Source: Octopus sinensis
Taxonomy: Eukaryota
Assembly: GCF_006345805.1 (NCBI RefSeq)
Contig: NW_021834337.1
Span: forward strand, 1-51,169
Reading direction: 5' to 3'
Length of the DNA stretch: 51,169 nucleotides
Shown: positions 1-13,597 of the stretch, one piece after another
Layout: each line of letters starts with the position of its first letter
Numbering within the stretch: position 1 is the stretch's first letter
Notes under the pieces: model-generated
What the model was told of the DNA's origin: nothing
The model's database searches: none
Seen by the model: only the letters and a program-made list of their open reading frames with translations
Position numbers and translations under genes: made by a program

Positions 1-86
1 CTCTGTATCCTTTGATTTGAATCACCTCATTTTGACATTGTATGGATAATACCTTGCTAAATTCTAGGGCTTCAACTTAAGTACAA

Positions 87-177
<91 letters not shown>

Positions 178-178
178 T

Positions 179-570
179 GGTATGCATATTCTTTTCTGTT
201 TTTGAAAAATAGTTTGTGTATGTATGTCTGCATTAGCGTAGCGTTCTTTGAACGAAGAACTGTTTGATAGAGTGATTAAAAACAAGCAAGTACAATGCAA
301 ATTTACTATGAACAAGTGGAAAAAATATGAACAAAAAAACGACACTTTGAACTTGGGCTGGTATATTAATAGATAACTGGAATAAGAATACGATATAAAC
401 AGATTGAAATAGTTACAATAATAAACTGAATATTATACCTGTCCTCGGGTATTATATCTTTATTCCTTCATATCTGACCAAAAGATATCAGTTCCACTAT
501 ACTCTGCGTATGAATATATCAAATACTAAAAAATTTCATACGCGCATATATGCACACGCACTTAACTGCA
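179..570. repeat. Diverged direct repeat, copy A of a (TA)n-flanked ~400-bp unit
   Basis: Shares collinear blocks with 770-1230, e.g. TCTTTTCTGTTTTTGAA, AAAACGACACT, GTTACAATAATAAACTGAATATTATACCT, CTTCATATCTGACCAA. Confidence 0.85.
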
Positions 571-634
571 TGAGTATTTTGGGTTAAATATATTATATAT
601 ATATATATATATATAATATATATATATATATAAG

Positions 635-734
<100 letters not shown>

Positions 735-769
735 CAGATATAGATATAGATAGATAGATGCGCATAGTA

Positions 770-1230
770 TTATACGCATCTTTTCTGTTTTTGAATATAT
801 AAACTGTGTGTGTATGTACGTATGTATGTATTAGCATATGAAAGGAGATATGCTTGTGTGGTCGAAATTGTATGAATGCATGACAGTACGTTGGAAATTT
901 ACTTTGAACAAGTGATAAAAAATGGAGCACAAAACGACACTCGGAACTTAAGCTGATACTTTAATAATTTGGAGTAAAATCCTTTTACCAAGAGAAAAAA
1001 GAGAATGATGTGGATGTGGCATCTTTTGCTCCGATAAGTGGAAGGGGAAGGCGACATAAACAGACTGATATTGTTACAATAATAAACTGAATATTATACC
1101 TCTCTTCGGATATCTTATCTTCATATCTGACCAAGAGGTATCAGCTCCACAACATCCTCTGTACTAATGCATCCTAAACACATAAAAACATTCATACATG
1201 TACATATACACACTCATTTAACTACATGCG
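770..1230. repeat. Diverged direct repeat, copy B (extra ~75 bp at ~979-1052)
   Basis: Same collinear blocks as 179-570; the two copies are separated by a (TA)n/(GATA)n tract. Confidence 0.85.
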
Positions 1231-1268
1231 TATTTATATACATATATATATATATATCTATATATATA

Positions 1269-1308
<40 letters not shown>

Positions 1309-1457
1309 TGTGTGTATATATATAACTATAAATAAGTTTATAGTCTATAGCTTATTTATAGTTGTAAAAAATTATTACCTTTGTATGGTATTTATTCCTT
1401 TGCTGGCCACTTGATAGTATCGTTATTTAAATATCGATATTATCCTTATTCATATAT

Positions 1458-1508
<51 letters not shown>

Positions 1509-1775
1509 TATACTGGCATTTCATGCAAAACTTTACTGAGTGAACAAATCAGTTGTTAATTTTCTCTTGGCATTCCTTGAGCCTGCATCTGACATGAAAC
1601 TAACAGTAGAGCACAGATGAATAATTCTGTATCGCCCATGAAAAAGTAAATATTTTGTTCTTGAGATAAAGTAAGTACGAGTTGCGTATTGGTGGTCGAT
1701 CTAATCCACTTAATCTCTTCCTCTAAATTTCAGGCCGTCTGCCTATAATAGAAAAGATTATTTGAAGAATTTAAA

Positions 1776-1831
1776 GTCTCACAGCTGTTTGTGGGATATC
1801 CCAAAATACGGGATATTACGTCATCGGAGAC
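1776..1831 (-). ncRNA. Decayed minimal hammerhead-ribozyme-like motif (Penelope-type)
   Basis: Minus strand reads GTCT-CCGATGA-[ATATCCC/GGGATAT hairpin]-CAAAC-AGCT-GTG-AGAC. Helices I and II and the palindromic ACAGCTGT helix III are present, but three core positions deviate. Confidence 0.55.
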
Positions 1832-2174
1832 AAATAGGGAATATGTGAAGGGTATAGATTAAGGAAATGATGGAATAAAGTATTGGAGAAAAAAGAAATG
1901 AAGGAAAAAGAAGTTCACAGTTCAACTTTCCGATAGTATACTTGGGTATATGTATGTAATTTTATGTAGAAGCAAAGATACATGCACACATATAAACACA
2001 CACACACGCATATATATATATATACATATATACATATATACATGTATATATATATATATATATATATGCATTTGCGTGTATCACATCTTCAGATACATGC
2101 GTAAACATACATATATGTGTGCGTGTGTATGTGTTTGCATGAAATTTCGTATCTTTGTGTACATACATACATAA

Positions 2175-2207
<33 letters not shown>

Positions 2208-2224
2208 TTATATATATATATATT

Positions 2225-2509
2225 GGAGGCGCAAGGGCAGCAGACTCGCGGTCGTAGGATCGCAGTTTCGATTCCCAGATCGTTGTGAGTGTTTATTGAG
2301 TGAAAACACCTAAAGCTCCACTAGGCTCCGGCAGGGAATGGTGGCGATCTCTGCTGTACTCTTACGCCACAACTTTCTCTCACTCTTTCTTCTGTTGGCC
2401 TGCTCGCTTAGCCAGCGAGGAGGCGTCATTTGAAGGTTAAAACAATGCGAAGCGCATTGTGTCCAGCGATGTGTAGCAACATCTGATAGCCTGGTCTGTC
2501 AGGCTGATC

Positions 2510-2513
<4 letters not shown>
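2225..2513 (+). mobile_element. tRNA-derived SINE, family A head/core with alternative 3' tail
   Basis: GGAGGCGCAA...GACTCGCGGTCGTAGGATCGCAGTTTCGATTCC (B-box-like) and core GTGTTTATTGAGTGAAAACACCTAAAGCTCCA match 8116 and 30257. The 3' ~120 bp are unrelated to those copies and end in (TA)n. Confidence 0.85.
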
Positions 2514-2547
<34 letters not shown>

Positions 2548-2561
2548 AGACAAAGTAATTC

Positions 2562-2613
<52 letters not shown>

Positions 2614-3060
2614 TATATCCACACAAATATTCAATTTTCTTTTTCTGAAATAAGAAAAATGGATTATACATAAACAAACTTCCACCTTCCCATTTCTTCA
2701 CCCATTGTGTCGCAATTTAGTTTCTTCCCTCTCCTCCCACCTCACTCCTCTTCCATCTTCCTCCCGCTCTCCCTCCTCCCCCTCTCTCTATTCTGATTAC
2801 ATCTGTTTTTGGCCAACTTTCACGTTAATATACAAAACACACTGAAGTGTATGTATTGTATGCTGAAATTTACTTTTAACATTTCATTGAAATGATAAGG
2901 AATTGTATTGGTATGAAACAATGGTGAATTCTTCACAAAATTTTATATTCATTGCATTCTTTCTCTTTCATATCCGTAGAGCATGTGTGTTTGTATATAT
3001 ATACGTGTGTAAGTGTGTGTATGTATAGTGTATATATATGCATATATGTACACATACTAC

Positions 3061-3113
<53 letters not shown>

Positions 3114-3122
3114 TACATATGC

Positions 3123-3153
<31 letters not shown>

Positions 3154-3368
3154 CAGGCAAAGTACAGACAGGTATATATGTATGTATCTACGTATCTATC
3201 TATCTCCCCCCTCTCTCTCTCAATATATATACACATATATACACATATTTACTTATATACATACATATATAATTTCCATTGTATGTATGTAGTTAAGGGT
3301 GGTTCATAGATCGTTTGATAGATAGATATATAGATATATAGATAGATAGATAGACAGACACACAGACG

Positions 3369-3455
<87 letters not shown>

Positions 3456-3504
3456 TGATAGATAGTTAGATATATAGATAGATAAGTAGAAAGATGGATA
3501 GATG

Positions 3505-3537
<33 letters not shown>

Positions 3538-3880
3538 TTAGATACATGCATGCATTCATACATAGACAGACAGATAGATAGGCAGATAGAGAGTGAGTGA
3601 GGCAGACAGGTAGGTATACAGAATTACGTTTAAATAAGACTAATATTTATATAGGTATTCATCTGAGTAGTTTTGGGTATGAGTCTTTCTGAGCACATAT
3701 ATATTTACACGTACAGATGCCTATGTAGGTTTGCATGTGTTACCGTACGTATGGCTATACGTGTGCGTATGCTCACATGCTTTTGTGTATATATTCAGGA
3801 ATATGCTTTTTTACATATTCATGAGCATGTATTTAAGATATGTGTATACATATACGCTTTGCCCCATGTCTGCGTGTTTC

Positions 3881-3948
<68 letters not shown>

Positions 3949-4183
3949 GCTATCTATCTATCTATCTATTTATCTATCTATCTGTCTGTCTATCTGAGTA
4001 TCGATCCATCGATCGATTTATTTATATATTTATGCATATATCAATCTGATTGTACGCCTATCTCTCTCTGTCTCTCTGTGTCACTACAACCCTGTCTCTA
4101 CACCTATTTCTCTCACTACTCTCTATATTCATTACTCCTATCATATATATATATATATATATATATACCTATATCTATATCTA

Positions 4184-4221
<38 letters not shown>

Positions 4222-4238
4222 CTATCTATCTATCTATC

Positions 4239-4289
<51 letters not shown>

Positions 4290-4313
4290 TATGTGTGTGT
4301 GTGTGTGTGTGTT

Positions 4314-4360
<47 letters not shown>

Positions 4361-4929
4361 GCACACTTGCATACCTATATAGTTAAATACATATAAGTAC
4401 ATATGTCATATTTTATATATATTCATATATATATACTTTACGTATATACGTATGCATGCATGCATGTATGTATGTATGCATCTGTATGTATGCATGTATG
4501 TGTGTCTGTCTGTCTATGAGAGTGTACATGTGTATGTGAATATATGTAAATGTATGCGTAATACGCTAAAGAATAGTTTTAGCTTGTTTCTAAAAGCTTT
4601 TAAAAGCCGAATGTCTCAATGCTAAAAGCTTTCAGCGATGTTGATGGGTAGAAATGCGAAAAGTCTCTCAGAAGCTAAAACCAAAAATATTAACCATTGT
4701 TCATTGTAATTTTTCAAAAATTTCAGAAATTATAAATAACAACTCGTGTCTCAATTGAACACATGATGGTGAAGAAAAATATCTTTGGAACGATGTCTGG
4801 CCTTCACAATGGTTAAAGGAGGGCAGTGGAGGCGGCAATAACAGGACAAGAATCATAACATAAACAAATACATAAGAAGCAAGAGACAAACAACAATAAT
4901 AGAAAAACCTACAGGAACAAGGACAACAT

Positions 4930-5354
4930 TAACAATAACAACTACTACAACAGTAACTACAAACACTACCACCACCAGCACTAGTACCAGCACCAGCACA
5001 AGCATCACCATAACAAGAATGGTATTAATAGGAACAATAAGTGGAAACAAAATGTCGCTGCACGCAGAGCATCTTTGAGCGAAATACATTGCGATAATCG
5101 CGTAGATCTTGTCTTGAAAGACTACTGCTGCTGCTACTACTACTACTACTACCACCACAACCAAAACTACTAATACTACCACTACTACTACTAGTACTAC
5201 TACTACCACCAACAACAACACAACCACTACTACTACTTCTACCACCGCCACCACTACTACTACTACTACTACTACTTCAGATGATGATGTATATACAATG
5301 ACAGTCATTGTAGTAGTAATGAAGATGATAAAAGTATTAATAACAGTAACAACA

Positions 5355-5386
<32 letters not shown>

Positions 5387-5655
5387 CCTTTCTACTATAG
5401 GCACAAGGTCTGAAGGTACTTAATTTATCGACCCCGAAAGGATGAAAGGCAAAGTCAGCCTCGGCAGAATTTGAACTCAGAACGTATATACAGTCGAAAT
5501 AACGCTAAGCATTTCCGCCGGCATGCTAACGATTCTGCCAGCTCACCCGCTTATTAATAGTAATAATAACAATGATAATAATAATAATAATAATGGTGAT
5601 GATGATGATGATGATGATGGTTGTGGTGGTGGTGATGATGATGATAATGATGATG

Positions 5656-5687
<32 letters not shown>

Positions 5688-5921
5688 GATGATGATTATG
5701 ATGATGATGGTGATGATGATGGTGGCGGTGGTGGTGGTGATGATGATGATGATGATGATGATGATGGTAATGATGATGACAATGATGATGGTGATGGTGA
5801 TGATGACGATGATGATGATGATGATGATGATGTGATGATGATGACGACGATGATGATGATGGTGATGATGATGATGATGGTGGTGGTTGAGGTGGTGGTG
5901 ATAATGATGATGATGATGATA

Positions 5922-5952
<31 letters not shown>

Positions 5953-5990
5953 CGATGATGATGATGAGGAAAATAATAATGAATGAATGA
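4930..5990. repeat. Compound trinucleotide microsatellite region (CTA/CCA/AAT/GAT/GGT)n
   Basis: Directly visible repeats; source of the poly-V, poly-D and poly-M pseudo-ORFs. Confidence 0.95.
5387..5550 (-). mobile_element. SINE family B (old-type tail), internally deleted
   Basis: Reverse complement contains GAGCTGGCAGAATCGTTAGCA...GTTCTGAGTTCAAATTC...GACTTTGCCTTTCATCCTTTCGGGGTCGATAAATTAAGTACC, the same core as 31174. Confidence 0.9.
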
Positions 5991-6650
5991 ATAAGCAAAC
6001 TTAGAAGCTATGGAAACAAATTTTCTGCTGAAATGACAGTAATAACAATATCAACAACATTATTCTATGAAAACAAGGAAAGACCAGGAGACGTGCGAAC
6101 AACAGCCACCCCATCACCACCAACACCAACACCAACACCACTACAAAAGCAATAACTGAAATAGCAACAAGGAGATCATCATTAGTAGCAGTAAAGGTAA
6201 CAACAGAAACAACAGAAACAACGGCTGTAGCCGTGCAGTTGTATTGACGGAAGTTTTAAAAGCAAAGATGCGAAGAGAGAATAAAGGTCGACCGGAATTG
6301 AAATATAAATAGCAACAATCAGAAGGCCATTAGTAACAACAAACATAGACGCTAGTAATAGCAATACAAGCAGAAAGAGCAACAAAGGAAATGCCAATGC
6401 AGAAGCATTAGCAACAACAATATCGTTCGCATCAATGACACGAGCTACAGCCGTACCAAGGGAAAATGTAAAGTGGCAGCAGCAGCAGCAGCAGCAACGG
6501 GAAGAACAACAACGATGATGATGCAAACAACGTTAGCAGCTACAAGAAGAATATCAACAGCGATAGCAACAAGAACACAAGCTGCAGTGACAAGAACAAT
6601 TCAAATCATTAGCAACTACAAGAGCTACAAGATAGACAATTGTAAAACTG

Positions 6651-6688
<38 letters not shown>

Positions 6689-6690
<2 letters not shown>

Positions 6691-6870
6691 TTATTTAAGC
6701 AGCGGAAGATTCTACAAAACCTGTTACTCTGAGTTTTTGCAAAAACTCAGAGTAACAGGTTTTGTAGAATTTTCTGGTGCTTTAAATAAAGCATATTACT
6801 CTACCACTGGTATTTGAGTACTCTTTTTTCCACCTAGTTTCACATTTATGTGTTTACTTAATCCGGTTAT
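6689..6870. repeat. (TA)n-embedded foldback element with a perfect 62-bp palindrome (6709-6770)
   Basis: ATTCTACAAAACCTGTTACTCTGAGTTTTTG|CAAAAACTCAGAGTAACAGGTTTTGTAGAAT, no spacer; imperfect symmetry extends over 6689-6791. Confidence 0.9.
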
Positions 6871-7169
6871 ATATATATATATATATTATATATATATATA
6901 TATTATATATATATATATATTATAATATATAATATATTACTATAATATTATTTTATAATGTATGTATGTATGTATGTATGTGTATATATGTTATTATTAT
7001 ATATATATATATATATATATAGATATGTATATATGTACGTGTGTGTATAAAACACACATTCAACTCAGCATCAAGGAAACGGATATCCTTGTTAGCATCA
7101 GTAATGCAAGCAACAAGAGACAATATTGACAATAGCAACAATAGTAGCACAAACAGAAACAACACAAAC

Positions 7170-7200
<31 letters not shown>

Positions 7201-7830
7201 TAATATAATAATAATAATATAATAATAACGATGATGATGATGATGATGAGAAGGAGGAGGAGGAGGAGGATGATAACAACAACAGCAACAATATAATCTA
7301 CATTAGCAAAACTCGAACCATGTCAATATCAATAGCAACGGTCGATATCAAAAGCAACGACATTAACAACCATGAGAAGAATCCGTAGCCAATACCGATA
7401 GCAATACAAACTGAAACAAAGATAGCTCATCAAATATTAGCAACCACGAGAATCATACCTGTAGCAACGGGAACACTACAAAAAGAACAACAAAAACATG
7501 AGCAGCAACAATTATACAAACAACAACAACAACTGCAGTAACAGAAATATAAGATCTGGCGAAAGGGTCTCGATTATTGTCTCTCAACCAGCTAGAAATA
7601 GCTGTTAAATACCACACGAATGCCTCTACTTTAAAACAGAAAAGACGGAAGTATATATATATATATATATCGGATTACGTAATTGTACAGAAGGGATTGT
7701 CGTGGCTGGAATGCATTTGATCATAAGATCTGGACGATCAGCATAGACACGCGGTTGGACATCAACAACGACGACGATGACAACATTAGCAACCACCAGT
7801 CACCACGACCACCAGCACCACCACCACCAG

Positions 7831-7881
<51 letters not shown>

Positions 7882-7908
7882 CACTACTGCTGCTGCTGCT
7901 GCTGTTGT

Positions 7909-7958
<50 letters not shown>

Positions 7959-8115
7959 TCTGTTTAAACCAGGTCAGAACTGAATTGAGGCTTGCGATGA
8001 TTTTGGCTGGAAGGCTGTTGTTGTGTCGTATGTTTGCGGGATTAGATCTTAGCGGATGTTAATCAGCAACGACACCAACAACACAGGAGTATCTACAACA
8101 ACAAGAACAACAACA

Positions 8116-8478
8116 GCAATGGCCCAGTGGTTAGGGCAGCGGACTCGCGGTCGGAGGATCGCGGTTTCGATTCCCAGACCGGGCGTTGTGTGTGTTTATT
8201 GAGCGAAAGCACCTAAAGCTCCAAGAGGCTACGGCTGGGGGTGGTGGCGACCCCTGTTGTACTCTTTCGCTCCAACTTTCTCCCACTCTTTCTTCCTCTT
8301 TCTTGTCCCCGACTTCCTACGCAACCGCTGATCCTGGATACGCATTCATCCATCCGTCGATGCTCTCGGTGTCGGGGGTTGACTTGCTTTCCCTTCTGCG
8401 GGTCTTACGAATAGCAAAGGACTACGGTTCGGACTCCTCCCACTACGTACGAAGACCGCTTCGTTCAACTAAACAAAA
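8116..8478 (+). mobile_element. tRNA-derived SINE, family A
   Basis: A-box TGGCCCAGTGGTTAG and B-box-like GGTTTCGATTCC; long collinear match to 30257-30622; follows a (CAA)n tract. Confidence 0.92.
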
Positions 8479-8629
8479 CTACACTGGCAAGCAATTCAGT
8501 TGAGTGATGAAGTCGGGCAGGACATATATGTTGTTAACGTATTTTCATTATCTTAAACTTGTGGAAGGATGGTATGTGCCTGATTGGTCGAAGGTGCGAT
8601 ATTTGCTTTACTAAAACTATCCATATAAC

Positions 8630-8820
8630 AGGAGGCACCATAGCTGCTAAAGTGATCGCTAAGCTGCTAGAAATAGCAACGAAATACATATTAACTGTCT
8701 TCTCTGCCGTCTTAGACGATGAAGTTCTGTACACATTTAAAAGGTTGTAGTTGTCATGGCTAGAATGTGTTTTTTATCATAAGCCAGCCTAATCAGGCTT
8801 GGCCAAAGACAACATCGCAA
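8630..8820 (+). repeat. Old interspersed repeat (GCTAGAAATAGC family); related fragments near 7560-7760 (+), 31850-32020 (-) and 36005-36080 (-)
   Basis: Recurrent GCTAGAAATAGC / GCTATTTCTA motif with degenerate shared flanks at four loci. Confidence 0.55.
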
Positions 8821-9530
8821 CAGCAGCTTGAGGAATGACACAAGGCCTGCAACAATCCAGTGCAATTTAAGCTATACTCTCAAACATATACATTTCCAGT
8901 CTCTGTACCTTTATCTTTGAGACTGTTAGTGTTGGTCTGTTTACGTCCTATAACTTAGCAGTTTGGGAAGATATGCCAGACTTAAAAAGAAATCAAGAAC
9001 GGCATGGCTGCAGTCCAATGACTGAAACATGTAAAAGAATAAAAGAAAAACGCAAAATCAACGAAGGCAAGATATGAAATACGAATACGAAACACACAAA
9101 AATATATATAAATATATAAAATATTAAATATATATCAAATATATGAAATATATATAAATATGTATATAACATATATAAAAACAAAACGAGGAAAATAACA
9201 ATTATCGTTGACAAAGTCAAGAGATCTTTGGTTTTTAATCATGTATTTACGTTCTGAGTTTAAACTGTGTTCAGGTTCACAGAAATTTTCAATCTTCCAT
9301 GTTCGATAAAAGAAATAGTGGCGAAGTACAGATATGATCAAATATGACATGAAGGCTATACTCTGGATCCGGCATGATCACAGTCCAATCACAGAATGCA
9401 GAAAATCAATGAAGCAATAATCGGAATTAAGAATTTGGAGAATGTAACCATAACGGTTTTTCCCTATAGTTTCAGAGCTAAAAATTCTCGGTGAAACATC
9501 ACTTGGATTATATATCGGCGCCAAATTTCA

Positions 9531-9760
9531 TGGAGGCACACGGCTTAACGGTTAGAATGCCGTAGTCATGATCGTAAGATTGTGGTTTCCATACATCGAC
9601 CATGCGAGGCATTGTGCTCTTGAACAAAACTCTTTATTCAAGAATTGGTCTAGTCCAATCAGTTGACAGAAAAGAGCACTCCGCCACGGACCGGAGCCCG
9701 TCCAAAGGGAATGTATACTCCCTAAAAGCCATGAAGGACCTTCGACACATATATGTACAT
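9531..9760 (+). mobile_element. Degenerate tRNA-headed SINE with a V-domain-like segment
   Basis: GGAGGCAC...GGTTAGAATG head; GCCACGGACCGGAGCCCGTCCAAAGGG resembles the V-SINE motif GCGATGGACTGGCG..CTGTCCAGGG (from memory). Confidence 0.4.
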
Positions 9761-10572
9761 GCGAATGTATAGTGGTAGTTGGATAGATGTGTGTGTTTCT
9801 ATTTCTTCAGTTTTCCTCCTTTCTTTTCTCTTTATCTCCAATCCATCGTCCAGAGAAAGAGAAATTGCTATTCGTGATCTTGGCTTCTTTTCTCCCATTT
9901 CCTGAGCGTCAAACTAATATCACCTGCTTATTTTTACCTAGTCTTTGTGCTGTATTTTTTTTCACATTGCAGCATTATGTATATATATGTTCATTTTGTG
10001 TGTATCTGTGTATGGTAGTTTTGACTTTAAGAGTCCCTCCTAGCGTGAGGCATTTATGTATAGAAATGCCCTTAAAATAAATAAATATATTTAAAAGGAA
10101 TAATCAATAAATTTTCCCTTGTGAGTTTTGCACGCTAACTACTTGATAAATTCTTATAAATTTTTATCCTATTTTTCAAGTGTGTGTATATATATATATA
10201 TATATAATCAATTAAGGAAACAAGGTGGATTTGGTATTAGTCTTTATTTTGTAGGGCGATCGTTTCGACCCAGCCCGTGACTTTCTCTTATGGGTGGGAT
10301 ACTGTGCATCATAATGTGTTACATCAATTTTGCACATCGGACACATTCATACTTAAAGTGTTTTGCTGCAGATCTTGAGTTTGGGCAGTCATGTTGCTAT
10401 TTGCCCGCCGTAGTGTTTTACTCAACACATCTGCGCACTAATTGACATATGCCCATCAGTTCAAAATATTACACACACACGCGCACACACGCACACACGC
10501 ACACACGCACACACGCACACACATACATACACGCACGCACACACACGCATATACACACACACAAACACACAA

Positions 10573-10606
<34 letters not shown>

Positions 10607-10709
10607 TATATATAAACCCACAAAATTTAATTATAATTAACATACCGAACTACTTGGTAAAATTCTTAATTATTAATTAATTAATTAATTTTATTCTATA
10701 TTATATATA

Positions 10710-10912
10710 TATTGAGTCATCGCCATGATCGACCGCTAGCCACTAAAGCTTTTTATCTCTCTCTGTTTATTTTCTCGTGTTCCTTTCTGTAGAAGAGCGT
10801 AGGCTCGAAACGTAAAAGACTTTCTCACCTTCCCGAGCGTTAAACTAATACACCTGTTTGTTGTTTACACACCCGTCTTCGCCTTTTGCTTTTTTGTAAA
10901 TTCCAACAATAT
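10710..10912 (+). mobile_element. (TA)n-flanked Penelope-like terminal fragment with hammerhead-like motif at 10783-10818
   Basis: CTTT-CTGTAGA-A-GAGC(GTAG)GCTC-GAAA-CG-TA-AAAG; one core deviation (CUGUAGA). A related decayed copy sharing TTCC(C/T)GAGCGT(T/C)AAACTAATA lies at ~9800-9960. Confidence 0.6.
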
Positions 10913-11481
10913 ATATATTTATATTTATATATATATATTTATATATATATATATGTATACATATGTATGTATGCATGTATACATGTATGTAAACGTAACT
11001 TAGACTCCATTCGGCGGATTTTGCACCCAAGATGTAAATTTTGCTGAACTAAGTAGTGCAATGTCGTTTGTCTGTTGCGATTAAAGCCAAAATATAGAGA
11101 CAAATTTTGATGTAAGGAGATATTCGATTTAATCGATTACAGAGTATGATTGATATTTATCTATATTGGTAAAATACATTTAATAATTGTTACTAATAAC
11201 AAATGATTCCCGGTGCTAAAGTCATTTTTTAATTCATACTTACATTTTCGTTCTGAAATATTGTTGCTTTTTTTGGATTTTTTTTTCACTTACACAACTG
11301 TTACTTGTACGCTTGTATGTCTGTGTGTGTGTGTGTATGTATATGTATACATGTGTGCGTATGAGTGTGCGTGCGCGTGCCTGTATTATGTGTAATTATA
11401 TAAATTGTATATATATATATAAATGCTATATATGTGTAGATACATGTATATATATGTATGTGTACAGATGTGCATGTTTGT

Positions 11482-11512
<31 letters not shown>

Positions 11513-11724
11513 TACACACTCACACACACACATATGAAGAATAGCGCAGATTTTTCATTTTGAGTATATGTGCATTCGTGTGCATGTGTGGTTATATAGT
11601 TATGTTCGTTTATATATTTATACATTTTTGTGTATATGAATGTATTAATATATTTATTTTCTTTTTATAATGTTAAATTGTCTCAGATGACTTAATTACT
11701 TCTACAATCTAGCATTGAGATTAT

Positions 11725-11761
<37 letters not shown>

Positions 11762-11779
11762 CATGCATATATATATGTG

Positions 11780-12166
11780 TAGTCGTGACTGTGTGGTAAG
11801 AAGCTTACTTCCCAACCGCAGGTTCAGTCGCACTGCGTGACACCTTGGGCAAGTGTCTTCTGCTATAGCCTCGGGCCGACCAATGCCTTGTGAGTGGATT
11901 TGGTAGACGGAAACTGAAAGAAGCCCGTCGTATATGTACATATATGTGTGTGTTTATGTGTGTGTGTCTGTGTTTGTACCCCTCCATCTCTTGAGAACCG
12001 ATGGTTGTGTGTTTACTTCCCCGTAACTTAACGGTTTGGCCAAAGTGACTGATAGAATTATTACTAGGCTCACAAAGATTTAGTCCTGGTGTCGATTTCT
12101 CCGACTAGAAACCTGTTAAGGCGGTGCTCCAAAATGGCCACAGTTAAATGACTGAAACAAATAAAA

Positions 12167-12170
<4 letters not shown>
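11780..12170 (+). mobile_element. SINE family C (tRNA head, CORE-like motif, internal microsatellite, GACTGAAACAA tail)
   Basis: Head TGTGTGGTAAGAAGCTTACTTCCC; GTGACACCTTGGGCAAGTG resembles the CORE/MIR motif. Matching pieces at 29985-30107 (-), 34290-34790 (+) and 43515-43730 (+). Confidence 0.85.
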
Positions 12171-12207
<37 letters not shown>

Positions 12208-12489
12208 TATATATACACATATATATGTATGTTTATATATTATGTTTACACACACACACATACACGCACAAACATACACATATGTGTATATATGTATGTA
12301 TGTTTGTATTTGCCACTCTCATGCGGTGCATCTTCTCTTCTAGAAGGTTGGTGATGTTCTTATGCAGCTCCATACAGATATTACGTTAAGTACACGTGCC
12401 ACGCTGTTTGTTTGAGTTTCGAACTATCGATCGGCTACTTTCACTGTACACGAACGTATTATCATCCTCATTATTAATTAGTCTTATGG

Positions 12490-13060
12490 ATTGACGGAAG
12501 ATTTAGCGCGTCGAACAAAATGCATTACTGTAATTCTTGTGACACATTACGTTCTGACTTCAAATTAGGTAATTACCTTTGTCTTTCATACCTCCGGAGG
12601 GATAATTTAGAGTACCAGTTGAATCTTGGAATCAATGCCATTGATTGAATATCCGTCTTCCGAAATTTCTGGCTTTGTGGCTATAATTGAACAGTTAGGG
12701 TAAGAATTTGACGGAATCGTTAGAGCGTCTGGCCAAATGTCTTGTAGGAATTGTTATAGTATCTATTACCAATTATGCACTGAGATCAATTTAATCGACT
12801 AAATTTCTGCTCCTAAAATTTTCAGGTCTTGAGCCAATATTCTTTCTACCTATCTCTCACTAATTTTCGCGGAAGGCAAGCTCTTTTAATGGGATGTTAT
12901 ATCGACGCCAGTGTTCAGCTACTACTTATTTTATCGACCCCAAAAGGACATAAATTAAAATCAACCATCGCAGTTTCTGAATCCAGAAGATAAAGATTCG
13001 GTAGAAATGACGCCAAACACGTTTTCCGGCACGGTAGCAATTCTATCCGCTCGACACTTA
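12490..13060. mobile_element. Cluster of old degenerate family-B SINE copies (both strands)
   Basis: TTACGTTCTGACTTCAAAT, GAGTACCAGTT and TACTTATTTTATCGACCCCAAAAGGA motifs. Confidence 0.65.
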
Positions 13061-13239
13061 AGCCTCTGTACCTAAATAAGGAAGAATTACTATTATTAAG
13101 TTTTCCCTGACGCAAGTCATCACATTTTCGTTCAAACGCTATTTTCTTTTATTTATTCATCGACTTTGCTGAGTCACGGTTTCCATATAGAATAAAAATC
13201 ATAAATAGAATGAGAAATGAAGAAAGCTTCTTACAATGC

Positions 13240-13597
13240 TATCTATCTATCCGCTCAGTCGAAGTCGACTCTCGGTTACTCGTTGGATCAGTGTCCTCCC
13301 GTCAGTTCTGTCCTGGGCCGCTTCTTTCAGATTAGCTATATTCATTCCGGTATCAGTCTTGATGGTGTCAAGCCAGCGGGTTCTTGGTCGGCCTCTTCCT
13401 CTCTTGCCACTGACCATTCCGAGCATGATGTCCTTCTCCAGGGATTTTCTCCGCATAATATGACCGAAATATGCCAATCTATGCTTGGTGATCCTAGCTT
13501 CTAGTGACATTTTCAGCCTGATCTGCTTAAGAACTTCTCCATTGGTGAGCCTCGCTGTCCATGGAATCCGTAAAAGTCTTCTCCAACACCAAAGCAA
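13240..13597 (-). mobile_element. 5'-truncated RTE/BovB-like LINE 3' end with (ATAG)n tail and 10-bp TSD
   Basis: Open frame LWCWRRLLRIPWTAR...YFGHIMRRKSLEKDIMLG...GKRGRGRPRTRWLD...RLRLSG*, the typical BovB/RTE ORF C-terminus. TSD CTTACAATGC at 13230-13239 and 13598-13607. Confidence 0.95.

Noticed and set aside
5523-5990. Poly-Asp/Met ORF resembling an acidic biomineralisation protein
   Set aside because: It starts inside a SINE and runs through (GAT)n with a frame slip from D to M; no signal peptide or splice evidence.
8116-8185. tRNA gene calls at SINE heads (also 26176-26250 and 30257-30330)
   Set aside because: Acceptor stems are imperfect and the heads run directly into repeat bodies, so they are SINE-derived rather than functional tRNAs.
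10250-10315. GAAACGATCG palindromic helix-III-like motif (minus)
   Set aside because: Cleavage triplet is GCC and there is no convincing CUGANGA; at most a decayed remnant.
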